Source: Lingula anatina (lineage: Eukaryota > Animalia > Brachiopoda). From it: a stretch of 64,000 nt of DNA. How positions within the stretch are numbered: position 1 is the stretch's first letter; every line of letters starts with the position of its first letter. A program made the translations under genes and the position numbers. This document shows positions 37,046-49,896 of this stretch, one piece after another. The notes beneath the pieces are model-generated. The model was given only the letters and a program-made list of their open reading frames with translations. It did no database searches and was not told the origin of the DNA. Location of the stretch: positions 7,068,001-7,132,000 of the forward strand of contig CM120642.1 of the NCBI GenBank assembly GCA_051362555.1, read 5' to 3'.

Positions 37046-40000
37046 GATGGACATCCAGCATTGCCAAACAACAAACCAGCAGCTGAGATCAGGCTAGAGC
37101 AGCTAAGGAAAAGGCTAATCCACAACCCGAAGTATTATGAGCACTATAACAGTTTTATGCAGGACCTCATAGATAAATGCTATGCAGAAGAATCACCTCA
37201 TGAAGATGGAGGTTGGTACTTACCACATCATGGTGTATATCACCCCAAGAAACGTGAGAAATTACGAGTGGTGTTTGATGCCAGTGCAAAACATGAAAAT
37301 GTTGCGCTAAACGACTGCCTGTTGAAAGGACCTGATCAGAATAACTCGCTCATAGGTGTTTTATTGAGGTTTAGAGAGCAGCCAGTAGCAATCATGGGTG
37401 ACATGGAGAACATGTTTCACAGGTTTAAAGTGAAAGAAGAGGATAGAAAGTTTTTACAGTTCCTATGGTGGAAAGACGGTGACCTCAGTAGTAATCCCAT
37501 CACATACAGAATGACGTCTCATATATTTGGAGCGATAAGTTCACCAGCATGCGCATTGTATGGACTGAGGAAACTAGCAGAGGACTACCAAGATGAGTAT
37601 TCACCAGACGTCATTGCCTTTCTTAAGAATGACTTTTATGTAGACGATGGACTCAAGAGCATTGAGTCAAGTGAAGAAGCTATACGTCTTGTTAGAGAAA
37701 CAAGAGAGCTGCTGAACAAAGGTAACCTAAGACTTCACAAGCTAGTATCAAACAACCGTGAAGTGATGAATACAATCCCAATGTCAGAGAGAGCCAAAGA
37801 AATGAGAAACATTGACCTTAACAGAGACACATTGCCAATATGCCCAGCTTTAGGAGTACAGTGGTGTGTAGAAGCGGACAGTTTTCAGTTTAAGGTCCAG
37901 ATCAATGATAAGCCATTAACAAGAAGGGGAATTCTCTCCACTGTAAGTTCCATATTTGACCCTTTAGGCCTTGTCTCACCATTCATCCTTGCCGGTAAGA
38001 AAATTCTCCAAGAGCTATGCAGAGACGGTGCAGAGTGGGATGATCAAGTGCCAGAGAGTATTAGATGCAGATGGGAAAGATGGCGCTCAGATTTGCTGAA
38101 CTTAATCAAGTTGAATATACCACGGTGCTATAAGCCAAATGATTTTGGTGAAGTGACTACTGCAGAACTTCATCACTTCTCAGATGCCAGTGTAGAAGGC
38201 CTAGGTCAGTGTAGTTACTTGAGACTTAAAAGCAACACAGGAAGAATAGCAACCACATTAGTTATGGGCAAGTCCAAGGTAGCTCCTTCTAAACCAGTGA
38301 CAGTCCCACGCCTAGAGTTGTCAGCAGCAGTGATGTCTATAAAGGTGGGGACCTTTCTTGCCAAGGAGTTAGAGTATGAGGACATCACCCATGTGTATTG
38401 GACTGACAGCAAAGTTGTTCTAGGGTATGTCAATAATGATGCTAAGAGATTTCATGTCTTTGTAGCAAATAGAATACAACAAATTAGAGAAGTCAGTCAG
38501 CCATCGCAATGGAGGCATGTTAAGTCCAGTGACAACCCAGCTGATATAGCCTCCAGGGGAACAGGTGTGACAGAGCTACTACAGAATGAACAGTGGTGGA
38601 ATGGGCCAGACTTCCTGCGCATTGATGAACCACTATCTACCACTGATACCCAATTCAGACTAGCACCAGATGACCCAGAAGTACGCAAATCTGAAGTCAA
38701 TGTATTTGCTACTAAAGTAGAAACCAACCACGATCACTTGTCTGATGTATTGAAAAGGTTTTCTTCCTGGAACAGAGCAACACGAGTTGTTACGTGGTGT
38801 TTACGATTCATACAGAAGCTGAAACAAGCTAAGAACAGGAAATCTACACAGCAGAACACAGTTGAGACCAGCAATGAACCGTTGAATGTTCAAGAAATAC
38901 AAGTGGCAGAAAAGATCATTCTCAAGTCAACACAGATTGCTACATTTGAGAAGGAAATTGCAATACTGAAAGCAATTAACAGAGAAGATAACAGTGAACA
39001 CACAGAGAGAAAACAGGCAAGATATCGCAACGAACAAATCAAGAAAACCAGTTCACTATACCGCCTAGACCCATTTTTATGTGAAGATGGACTACTCGGA
39101 GTAGGTGGTCGTATAAAGAGGGCAAATCTACCCAGAGAGCTTACACACCCAGTGATTCTGCCTAAGCATCATCACGTTACAAATCTCATAATTGACCACT
39201 ATCATACACGATGCGGACATTCAGGAAGTGGCATTACTCTTAATGAAGTCCGAGCTAGTGGTTATTGGATAATTTCTGGCCGTGCCAAGATTGGATCATA
39301 TATATGGAAATGTGTGACCTGTCGTAAGCTACGAGCAAACTCACAGAGTCAGAAAATGTCAGATCTTCCAGCTGACAGACTGGAACCAGCACCTCCATTC
39401 ACCTACAGTGCAGTAGATTTTTTTGGACCATTCTATGTGAAGGAGGGAAGAAAGCAGATGAAGAGATATGGTGCTATGTTTACATGTTTAGCATCACGTG
39501 CTATTCATATAGAAGTTGCGTATTCACTCAGCACAGATTCTTTCATTAACTGCTACAGACGCTTTGTATGCAGGCGTGGACCAGTACGTCTACTCAGAGC
39601 AGACCGTGGAACCAATTTCATTGGAGTTAAGGGAGAACAAGAAACTGCCTTTATGGATATGGATCAGGACAAGATCAGGAGAGAACTTCTGAAAGGCCAC
39701 TGTGACTGGATTCAGTTTGAAATGAATGTTCCTCATGCTTCACATATGGGAGGCGTGTGGGAAAGGATGATCAGATCAGCCAGAAATGCTTTATCAGGAC
39801 TTCTCACAGCTCACAGTGACCGTTTAGATGATGATACTTTGTCCACATTGTTAATTGAGGCAGAAGCCATAGTTAACAGTAGACCTTTGACTTACATTGA
39901 TACACAGTCACCAGATTCTCCAATGCCTTTGTCTCCAAATCAGCTCCTGACCCTGAAAACTAAGGTCGTGATGCCACCACCTGGGAATTTCATAAGGAAA

Positions 40001-40333
40001 GACACATACCTTCATCGAAGATGGCGACATGTTCAATATCTAGCCAATGAATTTTGGAACAGGTGGAGAAAGGCATTTCTTCCTACATTACAAGAGAGAA
40101 AAAAGTGGATCAAACAATGTAGAGATGTACAAGTTGGAGATATTGTTCTCATGATAGATGACAGTGCACCAAGAAATCAGTGGCCACTTGGTCGCATAGC
40201 AGAAACCTTTCAAAGTGCAGATGGATATGTGCGTAAGGTCAAGTTGAAAGTTAGGGACTCTACATATGAGAGACCAGTGCACAAGTTAATTCTTTTATTG
40301 ACCGGAGAAGACCCCGTCGAGGAGCCAAAATAA
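37046..40333 (+). CDS. BEL/Pao Pol (RT, RNase H, integrase), same frame as the upstream ORF
   Basis: WYLPHHGV..KLRVVFDAS, FYVDD, HHFSDAS, HHCC zinc finger, VDFFGP/DRGTNF/GGVWE integrase core, WPLGRI..RPVHKL C-terminus. Confidence 0.95.
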   Translation, partial: DGHPALPNNKPAAEIRLEQLRKRLIHNPKYYEHYNSFMQDLIDKCYAEESPHEDGGWYLPHHGVYHPKKREKLRVVFDASAKHENVALNDCLLKGPDQNNSLIGVLLRFREQPVAIMGDMENMFHRFKVKEEDRKFLQFLWWKDGDLSSNPITYRMTSHIFGAISSPACALYGLRKLAEDYQDEYSPDVIAFLKNDFYVDDGLKSIESSEEAIRLVRETRELLNKGNLRLHKLVSNNREVMNTIPMSERAKEMRNIDLNRDTLPICPALGVQWCVEADSFQFKVQINDKPLTRRGILSTVSSIFDPLGLVSPFILAGKKILQELCRDGAEWDDQVPESIRCRWERWRSDLLNLIKLNIPRCYKPNDFGEVTTAELHHFSDASVEGLGQCSYLRLKSNTGRIATTLVMGKSKVAPSKPVTVPRLELSAAVMSIKVGTFLAKELEYEDITHVYWTDSKVVLGYVNNDAKRFHVFVANRIQQIREVSQPSQWRHVKSSDNPADIASRGTGVTELLQNEQWWNGPDFLRIDEPLSTTDTQFRLAPDDPEVRKSEVNVFATKVETNHDHLSDVLKRFSSWNRATRVVTWCLRFIQKLKQAKNRKSTQQNTVETSNEPLNVQEIQVAEKIILKSTQIATFEKEIAILKAINREDNSEHTERKQARYRNEQIKKTSSLYRLDPFLCEDGLLGVGGRIKRANLPRELTHPVILPKHHHVTNLIIDHYHTRCGHSGSGITLNEVRASGYWIISGRAKIGSYIWKCVTCRKLRANSQSQKMSDLPADRLEPAPPFTYSAVDFFGPFYVKEGRKQMKRYGAMFTCLASRAIHIEVAYSLSTDSFINCYRRFVCRRGPVRLLRADRGTNFIGVKGEQETAFMDMDQDKIRRELLKGHCDWIQFEMNVPHASHMGGVWERMIRSARNALSGLLTAHSDRLDDDTLSTLLIEAEAIVNSRPLTYIDTQSPDSPMPLSPNQLLTLKTKVVMPPPGNFIRKDTYLHRRWRHVQYLANEFWNRWRKAFLPTLQERKKWIKQCRDVQVGDIVLMIDDSAPRNQWPLGRIAETFQSADGYVRKVKLKVRDSTYERPVHKLILLLTGEDPVEEPK

Positions 40334-40623
40334 TTATTAACTGTGACCATAATGTCAGTTTGTTATGATTCTATGCTACAATTTGTGTAGATTTAATGAA
40401 CACTTGTTTCTAAAGACAGTTACATGTTGGACTATTTGTGTTTATGAGATTGCAAGGTATTTTATGTTTAAGTACGGTAATTAACAGTAAGTTTTGATGT
40501 TCCTTAAAGGTGTTTAAGGTAAGGTAATTCTTAATAATTTCCAAGCAATATCTTTTTTGTATAAGTAATGATAAGGTAAACGGTGTATATTGTGTAAATT
40601 GCTTTCACAATTTAGGGGAGCCA

Positions 40624-40942
40624 TGATACGGTTTTGGCCCGTCTTAGCTGTTATGCACATCGGTGGAGATAGCGTTTTACTTTTTTGACTAGAGCACGCG
40701 CTTATCATTGTTATGTTCTGATCATTAAAAGTCACTAATTCCCGCAATGAGGTAAGACTTTATGAATCATTTAGTAATTTAAACAGTTAATAAGAACTTT
40801 ATAAGTTGTAATTGTAACATAATTTAAGGATAATTTCTTAATTTGATGTATTTTGTTCATTTCAGTTTCTAAGTGACAATTTCAATGACAAGCAAATAAA
40901 ATAGATGTGAAAAAGACTAAAGAAGTTTGCTTATTCGTAACA
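40624..40942 (+). repeat. 3' LTR
   Basis: TGATACGG...TTCGTAACA followed by TSD TGTGA. Confidence 0.95.
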
Positions 40943-43900
40943 TGTGATTTTTCTAGTTAGGGAAAGAAATTGCTTTGGCAACGAGCACACTGTATATTGG
41001 GTTTTCCAGAATGATTACTTAAAAAATTATGGTGATATAATAGATCACAAAAGCGTTCTGCACTACTTACAGACAGTGAATCATTGTTTCCCTTTAAATA
41101 ATGCAGATGAAATTTTGGAAAAAAAAAGCATTTGCTTTATCTCAGAACAAATACTGCATTTTCAAGAAGAAGGATGGTGACATAGATGATAGGAAGGTAC
41201 AAAATTTTATTTAATATTTTATATCATTTTATGAGTATCTCTTCTTTCAGGTTAATGCAATGACAACAGATGATTTGAATCAAGAACTGGCCCGAATTGA
41301 GATCAAACATTTTAAAGGAAACACAATTTCTAGGTTACGAAACTTTTGTCTGGACTAATATTTGTGGTGTTTCAAGACTGATTATCTCTTAACCAAAGAA
41401 TATGTTTCCATTTGTTTTTAGTTTTACTAATCTTCCAAATTTTATATATAGTTTGGATAGTTCTGTGATCGGCTACACATGCTAAGAACATGCAAGTCAA
41501 AATTGTCACTTCATGAAGATTTTATTTTAATATTTTCTTTAACTGATACATGTACATCAGACATACAATTCATATATCTCATGGGAGTTAACCATTTTCA
41601 TTTAAGAACTATGATACAAAAAGTTATTTACAAACAAATGAAAGACAACAAACAGTTGTTGTTTTTACCTATAAATGACCATTTGTAGAATGGTCCGCTA
41701 GCTTTGGCATGATTTGAAATTGTACATTTCATAACACGTGCACAGCACCGTGTAAATTTCATATCCATCTCAGTTTGTAGGTTAAACTATTCTGTGGGAC
41801 AGACGGCAGTGACGAAGTGTTTGTCTGTGTGTTAAGACTAGTAAAGTGACTGCAATTTTTTCACCTGTAAGGACACAAAAAATTTGTAAAAAAAAACTGC
41901 CATTAAAATAACTCCACAGAAAGATTCCACTTCTAGTTTTCACAAAATGATGATGACAAGAACATAAGGATAATATGCTACACATAAAATTACCCATTAA
42001 ATAGTCTTCCCACATTTTAATGAGTCTGACCTGTATTAAAAGAAGTTAAACATTTAAATACTTTTTTTACCTGTGAGTACATGGTTAAATCTATTGAAAA
42101 AATTGTGCTCACTTATTTATGAGCACAGTCAGTTAACTTTACTCTTGTTAGTTGAAATAAAAAATAAAATGCTTAATATCACATGTGACTGTGAAAACAA
42201 GCATAAAAAGAACTTAGCACCTTGTAGTTAAAGGTTAAATAACATTAATAGTTAGATACATAAATTAAAAGGTCACAGTGACCTTCATCAAAACTTAAAT
42301 GAGGTATCATATGTTAATACAATGCAACATAATATCAAGATGCTTGGTTGAGAAGAGGAGGTAAATATGACAAAAAACATGATTGGCTAGCTGCCCTATT
42401 TCAAAGTAATTTTTTGAAGTACTAATACACCCTGTTGCACCAAAGAAGACAGTTTACATGAAGCCATTGCTACTTAGTTGCTGCTCCATGTAAGCATGCA
42501 TTAGTCCCAAATCCCATCCAAATTTTATTGGCAATCCTTTCTGACAGGGATTGTTCTCATTGCAAGTTTTTTTCTGAGATTGCTCACATGAACTGTATCT
42601 TTTATCAATAAATATAATAATCCTTGGCTCTTTCTACACTGTAATATTGAAGTCATACAGTGGATTGAGTCCAAATGCATCTTTTGAGGTTGTAACTTCA
42701 GCAGTTTTGGCAACGAGTGATATTCATTATATGGAACAACAGAGGCCTCACAAAAACCTTTGGTTCTTCCATTGGACAGTGGGGGGTGGGGGTGAAATTT
42801 ATGAAAATTTGCTACCAGAAACACTTATTGAATCATCTTCAGTTCCTCAGCACAGTGATAATAGCTGACAACTTATCATGTACTAGTCCTCAACCAGAAC
42901 TAATGTAATAGAACCATGGTGATAAAACACCCTCACAATCAGGTAGAAACTACATATTACTTCAAACAAGAACAGTGAACAACAAAAGTACACCTCTCGC
43001 CACTGCAACATAACATCCTGTGGCATTATACAAAACAGTTTACAAAAATAAGTTCTTCTGATATATTATATATGTATGTGTGATTAAATAAAGCATTTTT
43101 GCTTTTTGTTAAACAGGTTGATTGAATACACCAACTTACACTACATGCTTAAATGACATGGTATACTGGGTAAAATATCAATGATGAGAAATCATAATGT
43201 TGTATCCATTATCCCCTGCACTGTAATAATACAGGGTTATAACAAGGATATTGTAAAGAATATGGATAGCTATTTTCTATCTCTAATGCTGTCCTCAAAA
43301 GTGTAAAATAGCAAGTCTTTTTCTTCTCAGAGGAGAAACTGGTTGCCATGTCTATTCATTCAGCCCTTGCCTTAACTGCAGCACTCTCAAAGTGAACCTA
43401 ACTGCCGAACAGCTACATTTATCAGTCCGTGGATGACCAATGGCTTGGACAGAAGTCAAGTTCATTGGTCTTATCGAGACTGGTCAATACCTTTTAACTA
43501 CATAGCCAGACTCAGCAAAAAAAGCTGGGGTCATTTGGTCATCTATTCTAACAGATGGACCATTCATGCTATACTAACCCATGCTATTCTATGTTATTGC
43601 ACAGCCATTAGGTATTTTTATTCCCTCGGTGGTGCTCAGTAAAATGACATTAAAAGAGTGTAGTCTAATCTCACATAGACCTGAAAATGTGGCTTAAATT
43701 ATACATTTTGTTTGGGTACTGTCAAATTCTAGTTAGCAGGTTCACAATAGGCATGTCCAGTGTAGAGTTTGTGCCTTACTATCTTTTAGTGTCTCAAAGA
43801 ATGTTATAAATTCTTTGCCATCCATGACCATGTACATGAGGCTTACTCCAGTTATGTTTTGCTCTTCACTTACATTTGTTTCCTTACATGTTGATGTAAT

Positions 43901-44132
43901 GATGTGATCATCTTGAAAGGAATTGCTTCTTTCTGTTCACAGGCTCTGATCTTCTTTCAACCCAGTTAAATTAGAACACGTCTTTCCTTTCTGTAAAGTG
44001 CCACCATTTTTTGTGCTATTCTCCCTGTCACCATTTTCTGTTCTCACTGCTGCTTATATCACCACTTTCTATGTTCTCCTTTAAATATGTCATCAAATTT
44101 TCTCCTGTCCGTTACACTGTAAATGTTGTGTA

Positions 44133-47100
44133 CTATAACTTAGTTTCTGGTCCATCCGACACATTCTGTTTGAAAGAGTCTCTTATTCTGGAGATGTAGC
44201 TGGCACAGATGTGACCATAGGCCTTGTTGTACCACTCGGGAGACCTTCCCCTGAAAGACAAAAATACAAGATCTTAAATCAAAGTATATTATCTGCATTA
44301 AATCCCTCTAAGTGATATTTCTGATGTTATCACATCCTGTTAATTAAAACACACACGCACACACATGCATGCACGCACACACACATGCAAATTAAGAACT
44401 GCTACAGAGATACTTAAAAAAAAGTAATATCTTCCTTTCTAAAGTGGCCAAGTCAAGGACACACATCAGGCCACAGTGTGTATTGTCCACCTACCTCATG
44501 TCCACTCTGGCCAAATGGGTCAGCCTGGACTTTCCTGACCCACAGGGTTCCAGCAGATACCTGGACGCTAGGACCACAGCACGCACTCCACCCAGCAGGT
44601 TAGAATTGGGATGCTCTATGGAGGTCGAGACCAACACACACGCACCTTTTGGGAGGTCTGTACGCCATGACCTGGAGACAACAGTAATGATGTTAGTAAA
44701 TTATTAATATAAAATGGGTGTTATTTTGATAAAATAAGAAAATTACTACTCAAACATTCATAGGCAAAAAGATATGTATGCTTTAAAATTCTTCATCCTC
44801 CTTCAAATAATTATGTTTCCATTCATTCATCAAAACTAAATATTAGACTTACATAAATGCAATGTCACAGAGCACAGAAAGTGATGTCATAAGCAACATC
44901 ACATGAATATTTAACAGTACACTTAAATTCATCAACTCTTTGATTTTACATTAATTTTTTGAGAATTCATTTTTAAAGACATACCTCAATTCACAGAAGT
45001 CTCTTGTAGGATGAGGTGCCATGCTATTACGAACATACTGGAATATCTCCGTCTCCTTGTCCAACTTCTCAATGATTCTCCATTTCAATAAGTCATCATC
45101 CCATAGATGGCGCTCTCGTAGCACCCTGTTCAACACCTCAATAGGGGGAGCTTCTACATCCACTGCAGCCTTGAACAGTCTGAGTGGGTGACCGTCACCA
45201 ACTTTTTTGTAAGCCACCTCAACACTTTCATTGGTGGTCATCACTTCCCAACCCTTAAATTTGTCTCGAGACTCCTGAAAAAAAAAAGTAAAATCCAACA
45301 TCCAACCACAGTTGTTCACAGTAAGAGTTCAATAGCCTTATTGTTTGTCTTAAATTGCATGCTTCAGTTTTTTTTTCTTATTATATCACCACAATGACAT
45401 GAAAATTGATTAAACAAAGGAAAACCTTGACTTCACAAAACCATGCTTTAAGGTTTTGGAACAGCATCGCGTGCTGTTGTCTTTGGCCTACAAAACCTTG
45501 CTTATAATGTGTTCCATACTTTGCAAAAATAATTTGCTTATTAAGAAATTCAAGTAAAGGACATTTTGTTATTTTCCAAATTTGTGATCAATCTGGATCT
45601 GTTATTTTATTTAGGTAGAAGTAAGACAATTAATCAATGACTATGTCTCACAAGATAGCTAGAATGCAACTTTGTAGAAAGGACCAATAAATAATTTACA
45701 TTAACAAGCAATAACTTTCCTCTGCATTTTCATGCAAGTCACTAAAAAACAATATACCACAAATTAGTACCCAATTTGGACTTACTCTGATTTGCTTTTT
45801 TTCGTATGTGAAATTATATCATTCGTAGGCAGCAAAGAACATGATATCTACAAGTAATTACATCAGTGAGAAATGGCCTTTTCTCCACATTTTTAATTCA
45901 AGCCACTTAAAAACTTTATACTGCAACCTAAAACCCATCTATAAACCAGTGAACCAGTGACATCAATTGGTTTACTGGGAGCCTGAGTTAGACCACTGTG
46001 AATGCGCCCACGACTTACCCTAAGTAAACCCTGAATACAGGAGTCTATATAAGTGGTATGGTTAGAGAAGCCTTTGGTCAGCTCATTGAGAGTCACTGGG
46101 TCCCCCTGTTCCATGTAGGAAAAATTGCACTTCATCATGGTATCTTCTTCTATCTAGAATGTTTAAAATAATAATGTGCATAAAATTTTATTTATTTTTC
46201 ATGATTCAAGTTGGTTGTACACAATGCAAGATGAGGTCGTACTGTTGCATTAATTGTATGTTTCAATTTGCTCTCTTCAATATGAACTTGAACAGTCATA
46301 TATGCTCATTATCTTAATGCATGTGTTATTATATGTGACAAACAAAGAAATTAGCTGCATTCCCAACAGCAGTCTACCTAGCCCACAGATCAAATATGCT
46401 TGCTGTGTAATCCCCATGGGGAATCTATTCCGCGTCAATGCCACTTTAGCTGTCAAGCTTTTAAGTGGGTTGCCATATTTGATCCATGGACTAGTTGATC
46501 CATGGACTCTGTTGTGAATGCAGCTATTGATGAACAGAAATCTTCATAATACTCACTGTGAAAACTTTCTTGCAGGACATAATCATTTGTGTTAGACACT
46601 CGTGAGCTGCCTTCTGTTCTAATAGTTCTTTCTGGTCTGGAACTCCCAGGTTCTTCTGTTGCCTCTTGGGGCTTGCTGTCTGGTTGCTACGGGGGCCACA
46701 CATGTGAAACAAAGAGGGGGCAAAGCAGACAGCAAGATTGCTGGCAGTCATCTGAAGTAAAAAATGAAGAATCATTTTAAAGGCACAGTACTGATTATAA
46801 GCTCACAGTCCCAAACAAGAAACTCCTCATTTTTTTTATGTAACCAATTTCATGAAATATTCAAAACATGATGATTTTGCTTACACTTAAAATCTCTCAC
46901 TAATCCCTCTTTTTATATTGTACTGTGATGCACTCTTTTGCTTGTTTGCTGAAAGAGGTATATCAGACATACTCAGGTGAATTCAAAAATTCCAAATAAC
47001 ATTTGCAAATTCCATCAGATGACCTTTACTTATCACACTATAGTAAACATGTTAGTGAAAGAAAACAACTTAACTGCCTTGAAAAAGAAAAGAGTAGTTT

Positions 47101-49860
47101 TCTTATTTTTTTTCCTCCATGTTTACTCATTACCACAAACTAAAGATGCTTTTTTCCCCCCTCATGACCTGATAGTTTTCATTTTTGCACTGCCTGTGAT
47201 GATGAAACTCGTGAATCATGTTTTTTATACCTCAGCTTTTTTTAAAAATTATCATGCTTCGTCTAGAGCAAGTTTAAGGCCACTCTACTTAAGGACAAGC
47301 CCCTCACATAACTAATTTTTTCTGTGAATGTAAATGAAAAATATTAACCTTCTGGCTGATTAAAAAAGTGAACTGGTATCCAGTAATTATTCACTCAGAT
47401 GGAAAATGTCACATAACTGTGTAATGAGGGATAATGAGGGATAACATATATTTTTCCCGTTTTTTAAATCTTTATTTATTTTTTCAAGAAATATAAGCAT
47501 AACTTAGCAAATGCCTTGATGCGATGGTAATATCCTGAAGTGCTTACATCTTTGGCAGTGTACAAAAACCAAATAAAGAAGGCAGCAAATGACCTGCAAA
47601 TCCCTAAAAACACTATACCTGATTTTCCTCGGAATGTTCTGCCATGTCGCTAAGGAATAAAAGAAGAGACTGCAGGACTTCTCTGTTTTCATCAGGCATC
47701 AAAATCACCGCCGCTTGAACCGCTTCCATGCGCAGCTCACTGGGAACATCTGAGAGGAGACAAATTGGTATTATGTACTGACATTTGATGCAACACAGAT
47801 TTTGTCATTGATGAATGATGTATAAATAAAAAAAATTACTAATACTCAAACTACTATTACTACTACAACTACTACTTCAACAATAAAGATCGCCTACAAT
47901 GTACCAGCTGTTGGAAATAATACTCAAATTATCCTTCTTTAAGTTACTAACACAGTGATAAAAAAATAATGCATAGAGAACTAGAATTAAAACTCCATGC
48001 TTGAAAAACAAATCATTTATCTCAATTTATCTTATGTTTTATATAATATTTTAGTATATTACCATGTTATAAATCATGATTCTGTGTGACATGATTCTAT
48101 GTGAGAAAGCAAACAATTTTTGGTGGCTTAAACCCACTTACGTTGGAATATACTGATGAAGGTTTCAGAGAGTTTATTTGTGAGAAGGCATTCTGGCAGT
48201 TCACGGAAATACTGCTTCAGAAGGTCGGCTACATCATATGCCTGCAGAGCATCAAAATTAACCAGGTCTGGAAACAAGAAACAAATCCATATTCAACACA
48301 GAACCTATCTTCTACTTTTTTTTTCAAAGAAAAAAATTGGTCAAGATATCATATATGAAAATGCTGCAATTCTGCTGTTTATCTTATATGTATGTCACAG
48401 GGCTTAAAATCTAACAATATCATCACGACACAACATGAAACTAAGGGACACAAAACAATAGGGAAAGTACACTCCTCAGATAGCACCAGCAATCTCTAGT
48501 TGTGGCATAACATGCCTGTGGAATTAAAAATAAATCAGCACAAGCATCCTTTGACGTCAAAAGAAAAGTCAATACCATGCAACCAACTCAAGAAACATGA
48601 ATGGCAGCAACATGATCGCTTGCTGATGCCATCTTATTTTACTTTTTAACCACAACACACAAGAAGACAGAATAAATTGCGACTGACTTCAAAACAATAA
48701 TTGATTTTTTAGTCTTTTGAGCAAGTATTTTGGGTTAAAATGAAATATACACATTTTCTAAAACAACGATCATACTAATAACTAACATTTTACATGCTAC
48801 AATAAACATATCCAGTACGAATGTAATAATGAGACAATGAAAAAAGAAGTTAATGACATTACCCGACAACCGAAAAACAAACAAACATGCGACTCACTGA
48901 GTGTACCTAGGCTGGCCTCGATCTGATTTCTAAGTTTCTGGATCCGAGAGCGAACTCCCGACTTCCTGAAGATCCCTACAGCATCGGTGGCTGTCCTCCG
49001 CAAATGACGCATGGCGTAGAGTATGCACTGTGGCAATGGCTGCCCAGTTCTTTGTAGAATTAACAACAATGGCACACCAAAGACATTTTTGTCCTTGTAG
49101 TCTGGTGCCTTGAAACGTTTGATAAATTTTGGAATGACCCTGCAAAGATCAAATAAAATGCACCTGATTACTTTTTCACATTTCATGTGCCATTTTATCA
49201 AATGGAATTGAAATTAGGCAATACTCTGGTTTGGAATGTAGAACTGATATTGAAGAAATTAAGAAGGCCCCACGATAGTGAGCTTGGCAATGACTGTTAA
49301 ACCAACAACATACAGAGGACTGTAGTTTTTTTTGGTCTTTAGTGCCTTTTACAAATGACTGACCCACAACACATGTAGCAGGCAAAGCAACACAGGCTAT
49401 TGTCAACCCTGTAGGACCCAGTGAGAAAATGGCATTATCAAGCTTAAGACAAGCATAATTTACTCACACTTAACTCAATTTTCATAGTTTTGAGCTTTTG
49501 AGAAAGGGGGGGAGGGGGGGGGGGGGAGCTGCCTGTGTGAAGCTGAAAATTCTTAGCAGCCTTGGCAGATCAAAATTTTGACTTTCAACATTTCAAGAAA
49601 CAGATCCTCAATATGGTAACAAGGTGAAATAAAAGTTGCTCAAGTCACCACAGTGACTCACCAGTTCCATCCAGTCCTGTTACTGGGTGAATACTTCTCC
49701 ATGAATGCTGTCAGCTTGAGTAGAGATAGTTTTCGTAGCACCATAAGTTGTCCCGCAGACAGATTAGAGATTTGCAGGGAGCGACTGTTCAGACTGGGCC
49801 GATGTGACTTCTGGAAACTGTGCCAGCGGATCCTTGGTCTTCTCCTTTCATTACTGGAAA

Positions 49861-49896
<36 letters not shown>

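Larger units (their letters stand above)
34781..40942 (+). mobile_element. Full-length BEL/Pao LTR retrotransposon
   Basis: 319-bp LTRs 34781-35099 and 40624-40942 (TG..CA), 5-bp TSD TGTGA (34776-34780, 40943-40947), polypurine tract AGGGGAG before the 3' LTR, domain order Gag-PR-RT-RH-IN. Confidence 0.97.
34429..41358 (+). pseudogene. Candidate 3-exon gene of unknown function interrupted by the BEL/Pao element
   Basis: Ser/Thr-rich exon 34429-34576 with GTAAGT donor; frame stays open across the reconstructed empty site (..ALCSRKNV|IFLVRERN..); one-base shift in an A9 run near 41109-41117 leads to a donor at 41197; last exon 41251-41358. Confidence 0.35.
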
